Below, in pieces: positions 46,421-56,219 of a stretch of 59,364 bases of DNA; positions within the stretch are counted from its first letter, which is position 1, and each line of letters opens with the position of its first letter. Below the pieces are notes generated by a model that ran no database searches, was not told the DNA's origin, and saw only the letters and a program-made list of their open reading frames with translations. The DNA is from Thermoanaerobaculia bacterium. Its GTDB lineage: Bacteria > Acidobacteriota > Thermoanaerobaculia > Gp7-AA8. The translations under genes were made by a program, and so were the position numbers. The DNA lies in the NCBI GenBank assembly GCA_036009605.1, contig DASYLL010000251.1, positions 1 to 59,364 on the forward strand, given 5' to 3'.

Positions 46421-48046
46421 CTACGTCGTCTTAGATTGCTTCGGCAATCTCACGGTCTTTGCTGCGATCGGCGGTTTCTGTGTCTGCTTCGACTCGGTCG
46501 CTTTGCGTTTCGCCGCGTCGATCGCGCTGTTCGCCACCTTGGCGTACTCGACGCCCGCGAGCTTCAGGACATAGCGGTAGAGCTCCTGCTGCGCCTTGTC
46601 CGCGCTCGTGATCAGGCCGCCGATGGTGAGGTCGACGAGGAAGGCGCGCTTCTCGGCGTCTGTCATCGTTTCAAGGCGCTCTGCGACGATTCGCTCGCGG
46701 TTCTTCGCGAACTCTTCGGAGGAGCCGTCGAAGCCGTGACGGCGGAGCACACCTTCGAGCTTCCAGGCTTCGACCACGATGAAGCAGCGAATTACGAGAT
46801 CGATCCAGCCGGCGGGTGTGAGCTTCACCGCTCGCAACTTCGCCGCGAGCTCGCGACTCACTGCGTCCTGCCCGATGCGCTCGAGATTCGCCGCCGACTG
46901 CGCGGCTTGCTTGTCGGTCGTTCGCTTCTGTTTGTCTTTCGCGAAGGCGTGGCCGGAGGCGACGAGTGCGTTCTTCAGTTCCTTCGCGGGATAGAGCATT
47001 CGCACGCGACCGGTCTTGAACGCGAAAACGGTCTTGAGCTTCTCGGCGCGGGCGAGGAGTTCCTCGTAGCGGCGATGTTTCGGGTCTTCGGGCGCGACGC
47101 GTTCCAGGTCCACGAACTCTTTGCCTACTTGGTCACTTTCTCCGAACGGGAACGCGCGCTTCAGCTCTTTTGGCGACAGAAGGACGGTGTAGCCCGTCTC
47201 CCGGAGGCGCTTCAGGTGGTTTTCGGTCTTGAGCCTGAAGTCCTTCGGGTTCGTGCACACCGCTTTGCCTTTGACGTCGCCGAAGAGATCCGGATTGTTG
47301 CCGGCGAGTTGGGGACATTTGGAACAGGCACCGAGCGGCGAGAGATCGGCGTCGTCGGGATCGAAGACGGCGAGCGAGAGCGCCGTCATGAACTCCTGCT
47401 CGATGAGACGCTTCGCGACGGCATAAGGCACCGCCTGAACGAGTGGCTTGTCGGCATCCGTGAAGTACTCTTCGAGAACACGTTTGAGAGCCTCTTCCTG
47501 AAGCTTCGCGTCCGGAATGCGGGCGATGAGTTGCGCGTGCTCGACCGGGAGCACCCCCGTGGAGAGCGCACTTTTTACGCGCTTTGGCAGGTTCGCGAGC
47601 GGCAGCCGCCGCGCAACGTCGCGCGACTCGCGGCCGACTCGCTTCGCGATCGCCGAGACCGCGAGTCCTTTTTCGGCAAGCCCGGCATACGTCTCGGCTT
47701 CCTCGAGCGGGGAGATATCGGCACGCTGGCCGTTCTCGACGAGTTGGATGATGACTATCTCCTCCTCGGTGAATTCGCGAACGATGACCGGCACTTCGGC
47801 TAGCCCGGCCAATTTCGCGGCGCGATACCTTCGCGCGCCGCAGATGATCTCCGTTTCCAAGGATTCGCCATTGGCGCGCACGATGAGCGGTTCGAGGACG
47901 CCGTGCTCTTTGACGCTCTCGGCGAGTTGCGCGAGCGCCTTCGCATCGAAGTACTTTCGCGGGTTGGTCGGAGACTCATAAAGCGAAGCAACGGGAAGGA
48001 TGGTGGAACCGGGGGACTGTCGATGAACAGAGCTATCGCTGGGCAT
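46421..48046 (-). CDS. ParB/Sulfiredoxin-domain protein (ParB-like nuclease/partition protein with a long C-terminal extension)
   Basis: NPRKYFDAKALAQLAESVKEHGVLEPLIVR..IICGARRYRAAKLAGLAEVPVIV. Confidence 0.85.
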   Translation of the reverse strand: MPSDSSVHRQSPGSTILPVASLYESPTNPRKYFDAKALAQLAESVKEHGVLEPLIVRANGESLETEIICGARRYRAAKLAGLAEVPVIVREFTEEEIVIIQLVENGQRADISPLEEAETYAGLAEKGLAVSAIAKRVGRESRDVARRLPLANLPKRVKSALSTGVLPVEHAQLIARIPDAKLQEEALKRVLEEYFTDADKPLVQAVPYAVAKRLIEQEFMTALSLAVFDPDDADLSPLGACSKCPQLAGNNPDLFGDVKGKAVCTNPKDFRLKTENHLKRLRETGYTVLLSPKELKRAFPFGESDQVGKEFVDLERVAPEDPKHRRYEELLARAEKLKTVFAFKTGRVRMLYPAKELKNALVASGHAFAKDKQKRTTDKQAAQSAANLERIGQDAVSRELAAKLRAVKLTPAGWIDLVIRCFIVVEAWKLEGVLRRHGFDGSSEEFAKNRERIVAERLETMTDAEKRAFLVDLTIGGLITSADKAQQELYRYVLKLAGVEYAKVANSAIDAAKRKATESKQTQKPPIAAKTVRLPKQSKTT

Positions 48047-48147
48047 TCGGGTGTTTCTCCTTTTTGTGTTAGTTGGGAAGGATCCGCACCCAGGTTACCC
48101 GGGCAAAGAAAGCCTTGCGAGACGGCATTTGTACAGTGCGCCTGTAC

Positions 48148-48636
48148 TTACCCCGGCACGACGCCGAACGCGTGAAGGACGAGGGAAGCGGCATCGAAGA
48201 TCTCTGTCCTCGCCTCTTCGCTCCGAAAGACCTTGCGCTTACGCGGAACCAGCGGCTCGATCTCCGGAAACATCGCACCGATGCTCTCAGCGACCGCGTG
48301 CTTTCTGGTCAACCCGCGCTCAGCCCACTCGCGACGGACGGCAAATCGGCTGACCGCGACGACACGGACGCCCTGATGTCTCGCTGTTTGAGCCAAGAGA
48401 CCGAGGAGTTGCCGAACGCGGGGTCGCCGCTCCGCACGCGGCACCTCCGGGTCTTCCAGAACCAGGACATCGGCCTTGTAGCGCTCAAGCAGGCGCTGAA
48501 GTAAGGCGCATTCGTCGCCATCGCCCCGCCGGGTGCCCCAGTCCAGCAACATACCGTTTTCGAAGAAGACGAAGGCAAGCCCTCGCGGATTGGGGTCGAT
48601 CGCGATGATGGAACGATCGTCAGCGAGTTTCGTCAT
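48148..48636 (-). CDS. RuvC/RNase H-fold-like hypothetical protein
   Basis: IIAIDPNPRGLAFVFF.., ..VLVLEDPE.. and ..DAASLVLHAF are spaced like the RuvC acidic residues (D..E..D). This is an inference. Confidence 0.45.
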   Translation of the reverse strand: MTKLADDRSIIAIDPNPRGLAFVFFENGMLLDWGTRRGDGDECALLQRLLERYKADVLVLEDPEVPRAERRPRVRQLLGLLAQTARHQGVRVVAVSRFAVRREWAERGLTRKHAVAESIGAMFPEIEPLVPRKRKVFRSEEARTEIFDAASLVLHAFGVVPG

Positions 48637-48953
48637 GCAGCAATCCGCTCGAGCGTTCTCCGGCGGCGTTGACGACGCGGCGAATTCGGCATGAGATCGT
48701 TCGCGAGCAACTCGCGGGCGCGGCGACGGACGTCGAGGACCGCTTGTTCATACGCTCCTCCAAGCAGTTCCGAAACGGGGATGCCGAGGATCGCCTGGCA
48801 GGCGAGTGCGACCATGCTCGGTGGAATTGCGCCTCGTTCATACCAGGAGACCTGTCCCTTCCACCGCCCGCCGAGGAGCGCCGCAAAGTCCGCCTGGGTG
48901 AGGGCGACGCGTCTGCGCTCATTCCGGAGATAGTGGACGAGTTTCCGAGGCAT
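48633..48953 (-). CDS. helix-turn-helix DNA-binding protein
   Basis: ATG 48953. RRRVALTQADFAALLGG..VSWYERG. ATGA overlap with the downstream gene. Confidence 0.6.
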   Translation of the reverse strand: MPRKLVHYLRNERRRVALTQADFAALLGGRWKGQVSWYERGAIPPSMVALACQAILGIPVSELLGGAYEQAVLDVRRRARELLANDLMPNSPRRQRRRRTLERIAA

Positions 48954-49231
48954 GGAATACAGGGTAGGGCGGGCTTGCGCCGCTGCCGAGACGGCATAAG
49001 TACAGCGGTATCGCACTTTTTTGAGGTGCGGGGTACTCCGCCGCGTGGCCGGTGGCCAAGCAGCAAAGCGAGCGCATTAGCGCAGATACACGTCGACACA
49101 ACCGAGCGGCTGTGTCAAAGGGCACTATTGTCGCACGGCAACGTTAAAGAAAGTTTAAGAAATGCTCAAGAGAATATAAGGAGTGCGTGAGTGCGTCGCC
49201 ACCAAGTGTCGCCTCGTTTTGCAACCACCTT

Positions 49232-50470
49232 CTAGCCGACAGCGTCGGTGGCTCTCCCTTCTACGCTGGGTTGAGGCTTCTCTGCCGACCTGCCCACCGT
49301 GTCTTGCTTGAGCGTAATTGTCTCGCCGGTGAATGCTTCGATAGACTCGCCATTGACCAGTGGCCGGATCCAAAACGTCCGATTCGGCAGGAGCGTCAGT
49401 TCATAGGGATCGAGGTCTGGGAGCAACTCCTTCACCAGCTTCGCGGCATCCACCGCTCCCACGCGAAAAACAACCAGCGTGCCGACGTTCCCCATGATTG
49501 CATCGCGGAGTTCCGTGTCAATCTGGTCCATGAACTGATGCCCTGCCACAATCCCGACCCTGTATTTGCGGAGCTCCGCGAGCATGTTTACAAGGGACAG
49601 TGTCGTGAACGTCTGGAACTCGTCGAGATACATGAAAAAGTCGCGGCGCTCCTTTTCCGGAGTGTCTGCCCGGGAGAGCCCTGCGAGGCCGAGCATGGTC
49701 ACGAGCAGGCCCCCGAAGAGCATCGCCGGCGCTTCGCCGATTCTGCCCTTGGCGACATTCACGAGAAGGATCTTGCCGCTGTCTATCGCTTCGCGCGGAT
49801 TGAAGGTGCTCTTCGGAATCGTAAGGATGCGCGATACGAACGGGTCGACCAGGAGGCTTCCGAGCTTGTTTTCGATCGGGGTCACGGCCTCCGAGCGTCT
49901 CTTGCCATAGGCTTCGAACTCTGTCGTCCAGAAGCGTTTTACGTGCTCGTTCGTTACGCGCGCGGCCGCCGCCTTCCGGAAGTCTTTCTCATGGAACAAC
50001 CGCACGATGTCGGCAAGCGTCGCCTCCTCCTGTTCGAGAAGGAGTAGGAGCGCGTTTCTGAGGATGTATTCGAGTCGTACGCCCCAGGCGTCGTCGAAGA
50101 GTTTCTTCAGCGCTTCGACGATGCCGTTCGCTGCGAGCGAACGCCGGAGCGGCGGGACGCCTTCGAGCGGATTGAACCCGAACGGCTGCTCGGGATCAGG
50201 AACGTTCAGATAGATGACGTCCTCGCGGCGGGCATCCGGCGTCCACGCATACAGGCGCTCCGCGAGGTCGCCGTGCGGGTCGAAGAGCGCGAGGCCGTTT
50301 CCGAGAAGGATGTCCTGGCGGATCATGCCTTCGAGGAGCGACGACTTGCCCGTACCAGTTTTCCCGATCACGTACATGTGGGCGCGGCGATCGCTGTTCC
50401 GAAGTCCGAAGGGCCGGTTCATGTCGCGCCACTTCGTCCGGCCGATGAAGATGCGAGGCTCTGCGCTCAT
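49232..50470 (-). CDS. coupling-protein-like P-loop ATPase (TraD/VirD4 or HerA/FtsK superfamily, no TM region)
   Basis: Walker A GKTGTGKSS, FDPHGDL, Walker B YLDEFQTF. ATGA overlap with the upstream gene. Confidence 0.7.
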   Translation of the reverse strand: MSAEPRIFIGRTKWRDMNRPFGLRNSDRRAHMYVIGKTGTGKSSLLEGMIRQDILLGNGLALFDPHGDLAERLYAWTPDARREDVIYLNVPDPEQPFGFNPLEGVPPLRRSLAANGIVEALKKLFDDAWGVRLEYILRNALLLLLEQEEATLADIVRLFHEKDFRKAAAARVTNEHVKRFWTTEFEAYGKRRSEAVTPIENKLGSLLVDPFVSRILTIPKSTFNPREAIDSGKILLVNVAKGRIGEAPAMLFGGLLVTMLGLAGLSRADTPEKERRDFFMYLDEFQTFTTLSLVNMLAELRKYRVGIVAGHQFMDQIDTELRDAIMGNVGTLVVFRVGAVDAAKLVKELLPDLDPYELTLLPNRTFWIRPLVNGESIEAFTGETITLKQDTVGRSAEKPQPSVEGRATDAVG

Positions 50471-51837
50471 GGTACGGCAGTGGGTGTTGCGTCCCTTTCG
50501 ACATCGGGAGTTTGATTGCCGGGAGGCACCTCGACTCCATAGCGGGCGTAGAGCGATGCGAGACGCGCTACATCCTCGGGACCGAGCGTGAAGATGCCGC
50601 TCGAGCGCGAGGGCCGGAGTCCCAAACGGTGGCGTACCAGGGAGCCTATCCAACGGGGCGTAATGCGCCGCTCGTAGGCTTCTCCGTGACGTGCCATGAA
50701 TTCCCGCGTGATGTCCTGAATCGCGACCCGTTCTCCCGGACCTTTGGCGACGAGATCGTGGATCACCGTGAGGATCTGCGCTTCAGTAGTGTCACTGCGC
50801 TCGTCGACCATTGCTTCGTGGTACTTCGCGATGAGCGCAACGACCTTCTCCTTGTCCGAGGCATCCTGGATCACGGAGACGAGCGGCCCGAAGATCTGCT
50901 GCAGCCGCGGCTCAAGATTCTCAGTATTCGTGCGAATGTTCCCTGGCGCGTCCTTGAAACGCCTCAGCCGGTAGAGGAGGAGCTGGTTCCGTATCTCCCG
51001 CGCCTCCTCGTGAAAATGCTCATCGAGATTCAAAGGGATATCCCTCCGCAGGGAGCCGGCGTGCATGTCTTCGGTAATACAGCGACTTTCGAGCGCTTGG
51101 TCCTCGAAGACGCCGCGGGATGCGATTACCTTGGGGCCGAACACGTGATAGGCGCGCGGGTTGTACTCCCGGCTGGATGAAACCTCCGTCCGGAGAATGG
51201 GAAAGCCCTTGGTGTTGCCGTTGTTGAGGATCTTCACAATCTCCGCTTTCTCGTCGGACTGCCGAAAATCGCTCTCATCCAGGATCAGCGTGCCGCGGAA
51301 ACTGTCGAGCAACCGGAAGATCGGGGAGACCGTGCTCGCGGCTGAGGCGAAGAGTGGAAATCGGCAGAGCGAACCCATGGTGAGGAGATAGCGGGTCTTC
51401 CCACTGCCATAGCCTCCGCGAACGCGGAGATAAGGGGTCTCGTGGAACGCGTCATAGACCCACGAGAAGAGGATGTAATAGATCGAGAGCAACTCGAAAT
51501 CTTCCGAAACATCGACGTACCGTCGGAGGAACGCCTTGATAGAGGACACAAGCGCTGCTTCGTCTCCATACTCAGCCGGTTCGGACGGGAAAAGCACGAC
51601 GTTGTGCTTCACGAGATTATTGGTCGCGGAGTATGGCACCAGCCGTTCGGTTGGCGTGGCAAGAATGCTCTCCTCATAGCCCCATGCGTCTCCTGTGCCG
51701 GAGACAAACCGCGTGGTGCCCGCGACCGGGTCGTAGATCATCTCCGCGAGCTCTCCGGACGGCAGAACGGCGGAAGCTGTCGGTCTGTTGTTTGGTTTCC
51801 TGTCCGGGACAGGTCTTGTCGGATCAAGAGGTGCCAT
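50467..51837 (-). CDS. P-loop NTPase, putative primase-associated helicase
   Basis: Walker A GGYGSGKT, Walker B TLILDESD. Overlaps the primase gene's end. Confidence 0.55.
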   Translation of the reverse strand: MAPLDPTRPVPDRKPNNRPTASAVLPSGELAEMIYDPVAGTTRFVSGTGDAWGYEESILATPTERLVPYSATNNLVKHNVVLFPSEPAEYGDEAALVSSIKAFLRRYVDVSEDFELLSIYYILFSWVYDAFHETPYLRVRGGYGSGKTRYLLTMGSLCRFPLFASAASTVSPIFRLLDSFRGTLILDESDFRQSDEKAEIVKILNNGNTKGFPILRTEVSSSREYNPRAYHVFGPKVIASRGVFEDQALESRCITEDMHAGSLRRDIPLNLDEHFHEEAREIRNQLLLYRLRRFKDAPGNIRTNTENLEPRLQQIFGPLVSVIQDASDKEKVVALIAKYHEAMVDERSDTTEAQILTVIHDLVAKGPGERVAIQDITREFMARHGEAYERRITPRWIGSLVRHRLGLRPSRSSGIFTLGPEDVARLASLYARYGVEVPPGNQTPDVERDATPTAVP

Positions 51838-52807
51838 AGAGCTCGTGGGTGAACTCAAAGCGCTCCAACGCCTCAAGCGCCTTGCCGAAAGTCATCGACT
51901 CCTTGTTCATGAGGAATGTCACGACATCGCCCGTCGCTTCGCAGCCACTGCACCGATAGGTGTTTGCAGCCGGATAGACGGTTAACGAGGAGGCGAAATC
52001 ATCGTGGAGAGGACAGTGGCCGACCAAGCGGCCTCCCTCGGCATGAAGGCTTGTGAACTGAGATACGACATTATCGAGTCGAACGGCCTTTCTCAGGCGT
52101 TCCGCCCGTTGCCGCAGGGACCTGTTGACAGGGCGGAATACAGCGATTGGCGGGGGCAGATCGGCAGGATCATCCACGGCCGCAGTACCAGTCGCGAGTA
52201 CACGCTCGAACTCTTCGGGTTTTCGTCCGAGCCGCACGAAGAAGTCGGCGATGGTGCCGTTCTCACCGACGTCGGCCGGAAGCCGAGCAATGCGCGCCTT
52301 CGGCAGGATGCGCTGCACCGCTTTTGCGGCAGCGTCGGACGCGATGCTGCGGTTGAAGCAGACGAAGACATGCTCCACCGCCTCGAAGTGCTGCTTCCAC
52401 TCGTCGAGGAAGGCGGCGGCGCCCGCGGTTGAATTCACCGCCGCAATACCGCGAGCTTCGAGCGCGAGCCGGTCGAACTCGCCCTCGCAGATCACGACGC
52501 GGTAGGGGACTCTGGCGAGGGTCTCCAAACCGTAGATCTCCGGTTTAGTATCAGGTTCCTTGATCATTTCCGGGTTCTCGGATGCGTCGTTCGGCATTTT
52601 TGCGTAGCGAAACCCAAGCACTTCTGAAGGGCGCATTCCGAAGACCGGAATAGTGATGTGCTTTCGCGAACCGTCCCAACCGAGGAGTTTCTGTTCGATG
52701 AGCGTGGCCGGTATGCCTCGACCTTTCAGGTAGCGCCCGATCTCCTCCGGCAGGAAGCGGTTGTACCGCTCCGCGATATCTCGCGGTGTTAGTAATGGTT
52801 TGAACAT
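51824..52807 (-). CDS. primase-like protein with N-terminal Toprim and C-terminal CHC2 zinc finger
   Basis: VVICEGEFDRLAL (Toprim Glu). C-terminal HCPLHDDFASSLTVYPAANTYRCSGCEATGDVVTF is a CHC2 finger. Confidence 0.75.
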   Translation of the reverse strand: MFKPLLTPRDIAERYNRFLPEEIGRYLKGRGIPATLIEQKLLGWDGSRKHITIPVFGMRPSEVLGFRYAKMPNDASENPEMIKEPDTKPEIYGLETLARVPYRVVICEGEFDRLALEARGIAAVNSTAGAAAFLDEWKQHFEAVEHVFVCFNRSIASDAAAKAVQRILPKARIARLPADVGENGTIADFFVRLGRKPEEFERVLATGTAAVDDPADLPPPIAVFRPVNRSLRQRAERLRKAVRLDNVVSQFTSLHAEGGRLVGHCPLHDDFASSLTVYPAANTYRCSGCEATGDVVTFLMNKESMTFGKALEALERFEFTHELYGTS

Positions 52808-53118
52808 CCCACTACAGTAGACGCCGGTGCATCGCGCTACGAGACGGCATAAGTACAGCACCTTCGGATTTTTGCCGTCTCCCAGAGGCAGCAAGCGACC
52901 GGTACTATGATCCGATGAGTGAGAATAGTCTCCATACCGCTTTTCGCGCGACAGTCGACGAACGGCTTCGCCAGTATGCGAGCGTAGTTGTGGCGATTGT
53001 GTCGCGACAGGACAACATGGCGCTGCCCGACATGGCTTTGACAGCTCCCGAATCGCGAGCTACGGTATCTCCGGGGTCGGAGTCGAGCCCCGGCACCTCA
53101 AAAACTCAATACGAATAA

Positions 53119-54693
53119 ATGAAACGCCTTTTCGGATACATTCGTGTATCCACCACCAAACAGGCGGAGATAGGCGTGTCGCTCACTGAACAGCGCGACG
53201 CGATCCAGGCGTTCGCGGACAAGCAGGGCTATGAGATCGTCGCGTGGTACGAGGAGCGCATCACGGCCGCGAAACGCGGGAGGCCTGTCTTCTCCGCGAT
53301 GCTGAAGGCTCTGAAGAGCGGCAAGGCCGAAGGCATCGCCATCCATAAGATCGACCGCAGCGCGCGAAATCTCGGCGACTGGGCAGATCTCGGCGAACTG
53401 ATCGACTCCGGACTCGATATCTACTTTGCTCACGAGCCCCTCGATCTCCACTCCCGCGGCGGGCGACTCTCGGCCGACATACTCGCGGTGGTCGCTGCGG
53501 ATTTTATCCGCAACAATCGCCAGGAAGCTCGAAAGGGCTTCTATGGGCGGCTGAAGCAGGGAATCTACCCGATGGGCGCGCCTCTCGGTTACTGTGACAA
53601 CGGGAAGGGCGGCAAGCTGAAAACTCTCGATACTTTGCGCGCGCCGCTCGTCCGGTATGCTTTCGAACAGTATGCGACCGGCGAGGTGAGCCTGCTCGCA
53701 CTTCTCGATGACCTTGCGAGAAAGGGTCTCCGCAACCGGAGGCAAAAGCCGTTGACGTTCACCGGCTTGGTCTCGATTCTGCGGAATCCGTTCTACGCCG
53801 GTATTATCCGTCTCAAAAAGACTGGAGAAACCTTTCCTGCCAAGCATGAGCCGCTGATCCGGATGGCCACGTTCGAAAGTGTTCAAGATGTGATGGATGG
53901 CAGGAAGCCGCGCCGCGTCCAGGTTCACGACTACCTCTATCGGCGGCTCTTCAGTTGCGCCACCTGCGGCCGTTCTCTTATTGGCTCGCGCGCAAAGGGT
54001 CGCGTCTACTATCGTTGTTCGGTCCGAACCTGTCCTACGACGTCCATTCGAGAAGACGTGCTAGATGCCGCTGTCTCAGCTGTCATGCAGAACGTGACGC
54101 TGCCGGACGAGGAAATTGCCGCTTGCAAAACGGCGATCGAAGAAGCTGTAACTGCCGACGTCGAAACACGGGAGGCATCGCGCGCGCAGCTTACGGGACG
54201 ACTCGGCGATCTCACGGCCCGTCTGAACCGGCTTACCGACGTCTATCTAGATGGGGGCATTGATAAGGTCGTCCACGACGACCGCCGGGCGCAACTCATT
54301 CTGGAACGCGCGCAGGTGAATGACCTGCTTGCCCATCAGGACGACGACGCCCTACGTCGGAAAGACATCTTGCTCCGCTGCGTAGAGCTTGCCCGCAGTC
54401 CGGAAACGCTTTACCAGTCGGCGACTAAGGAGGGCAAACGTACTCTTCTTGGATTGATAACGTCGAACCGCAAAGTTGCTGGGAAAAACATCGAAATAGC
54501 AACGGCGGAACCGTTTTGCTTCCTTCCGAGCGCGCAAGCTAATGATTCATGTGCCCACAATAGGGTCAGACATCGAACAATAGCCGAACGTCGAACCGCC
54601 TTGTGTGCCACGCTTCTCGACTGGGCAAAGCAGAATCCCGTTCGTTGGCAGACGCTCTTGAGCATTCTTCCGGAACTGCCAGAGGCTGCCTGA
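53119..54693 (+). CDS. large serine recombinase
   Basis: YIRVSTTKQ catalytic Ser region, IHKIDRSARN, recombinase domain, zinc ribbon CATCGRSL..YYRCSVRTC and a coiled-coil tail. Confidence 0.9.
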   Translation: MKRLFGYIRVSTTKQAEIGVSLTEQRDAIQAFADKQGYEIVAWYEERITAAKRGRPVFSAMLKALKSGKAEGIAIHKIDRSARNLGDWADLGELIDSGLDIYFAHEPLDLHSRGGRLSADILAVVAADFIRNNRQEARKGFYGRLKQGIYPMGAPLGYCDNGKGGKLKTLDTLRAPLVRYAFEQYATGEVSLLALLDDLARKGLRNRRQKPLTFTGLVSILRNPFYAGIIRLKKTGETFPAKHEPLIRMATFESVQDVMDGRKPRRVQVHDYLYRRLFSCATCGRSLIGSRAKGRVYYRCSVRTCPTTSIREDVLDAAVSAVMQNVTLPDEEIAACKTAIEEAVTADVETREASRAQLTGRLGDLTARLNRLTDVYLDGGIDKVVHDDRRAQLILERAQVNDLLAHQDDDALRRKDILLRCVELARSPETLYQSATKEGKRTLLGLITSNRKVAGKNIEIATAEPFCFLPSAQANDSCAHNRVRHRTIAERRTALCATLLDWAKQNPVRWQTLLSILPELPEAA

Positions 54694-54701
54694 GCAGAAG
54701 A

Positions 54702-54727
54702 CCCGCCGCACGGCGGGCTTTTGCTTT
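54702..54727 (+). terminator. rho-independent terminator
   Basis: cccgcc-gcac-ggcggg followed by cttttgcttt. Confidence 0.65.
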
Positions 54728-54995
54728 CTGGGAACATCCGGATGTCCCTTTTTAGACAAAAGGGGAGTCACGTAACCGGACATCAGGGACATCAGGTGAC
54801 GTCTGGGGATGCGGAGAGCTCCATTCGCAGGCTGCCAAGGCGCCTGCGGAGCCTCCGCACCCCGACGTCATCCTCTCCTTCTCTTATCTCTCTAGTAAAT
54901 ACATTCATCATCACGAGCAATGCACTTGTGTAGAACACCTCCCGCAACGTCCCCAACATCACCAATGTCCCGATCTGCCTTCTTACGCTTTAGGC

Positions 54996-56021
54996 ATGAC
55001 CAACACACACCAACATCAACTACAGAAAGGTCGGTACCTCGCTTATCTCCGGGTCTCAACCCCAAAGCAGGGCGAGGGAGTCTCCCTGATAACGCAGCGC
55101 GAAGCCATCGCCAAGTTTGCGGCCAATAATCGGCTCGAAGTGGTTGATTGGCTGGAAGAGAAGGAATCAGCCGCCAAACGTGGACGGCCGGTCTTTGGCA
55201 CCATCCTCAAGAAACTGCGGGAAGGGAAGGCCGATGGCCTCATCGTCTACAAGGTCGATAGGTCCGCAAGAAACCTCAAGGACTGGGCGGATCTCGGCGA
55301 CCTCATCGACAAAGGTATCCCGGTCCACTTTGCCGGCGAGGGGCTGGACCTCGCGACGAGAAGCGGCCGGCTGGCCGCCGACATCCAGGCGATCATAGCC
55401 GCAGATTTCGTACGGAACCTGAGAGAAGAAACGAACCGCGGCATGCAGAAGCGTCTCGAGCAGGGCTTCTTTCCCTTGGGTGCCCCGATCGGCTACCTAG
55501 ACCGGGGCGGCGGCAAGGCAAAGGTCATCGATCCGGAGCGCGGCTGGCTCGTGAAGCTTGCCTTCGTCTCCTATGCCTCAGGCGACTACACGCTCCGGAA
55601 ACTGGCCGAGTTCCTCGCGGGCCTGGGTCTCCGCAACAGGAGAGGCAACCCGGTCACTCTCTCGGGCCTCTCGCACTTCCTCAGGAACCCGTTCTACATG
55701 GGCTACATCAAGTTCGGCGACAAGCGCGAGCTCTACCAAGGGCTCCATGAGCCGCTGATCACGAAGGAGCTTTTCTTCAGGGTCCAGGAACGCCTGCGTG
55801 TCCGGATCGCGCCGCGGAAGCTGCATCACCGCTTCAAGTACAGCCGAATGCTCAAGTGTCTCACCTGCAACCGGTGCCTGATCGGATCCGAGAGAAAGGG
55901 GTGGGTCTACTACCGGTGCGCGACGATGATTTGTCCGACGGTTTCTGTGCGGAAGGATCGGGTGGAGAATAGCAACAAGAAGCAAATCGAATGGCAGTTC
56001 GTCTACGGCGATCCGAGATAA
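54996..56021 (+). CDS. serine recombinase paralogue, truncated just after the zinc ribbon
   Basis: Collinear with 53119..54693 (YLRVSTPKQ, VYKVDRSARN, CLTCNRCL..YYRCATMIC) but ends at 341 aa without the coiled-coil region. Confidence 0.8.
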   Translation: MTNTHQHQLQKGRYLAYLRVSTPKQGEGVSLITQREAIAKFAANNRLEVVDWLEEKESAAKRGRPVFGTILKKLREGKADGLIVYKVDRSARNLKDWADLGDLIDKGIPVHFAGEGLDLATRSGRLAADIQAIIAADFVRNLREETNRGMQKRLEQGFFPLGAPIGYLDRGGGKAKVIDPERGWLVKLAFVSYASGDYTLRKLAEFLAGLGLRNRRGNPVTLSGLSHFLRNPFYMGYIKFGDKRELYQGLHEPLITKELFFRVQERLRVRIAPRKLHHRFKYSRMLKCLTCNRCLIGSERKGWVYYRCATMICPTVSVRKDRVENSNKKQIEWQFVYGDPR

Positions 56022-56219
56022 TCGGGCCGATCGACGCCGCAGCCCTTTCCCCTCTATCCACGCGCGTCCAGGCGCAGCCGGGTAAGCGAGACGACGGCCC
56101 TTTACGCCAACCCGCTCTCCAGCGGTACAGGTACGAACGGATCCTGCATTAGCTGTGGGGCATAGCTGTCGTGCTAGAGTTCCGGCGTTCGTCCTTTCTG
56201 GTTTTCGCGTGGAGGTTCG

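Larger units (their letters stand above)
44643..54727. mobile_element. nested plasmid/ICE-like module with a large serine recombinase (putative integrative mobilisable element)
   Basis: Ten co-directional minus-strand genes (primase to DUF6876-like) bounded by terminators at both ends, plus a divergent serine recombinase. Confidence 0.5.

Noticed and set aside
52808-53118. Short ORFs 52905..53096(-) and 52915..53118(+)
   Set aside because: They lie in the divergent promoter region between the primase and the serine recombinase, overlap each other on opposite strands, and have no RBS or motif support.
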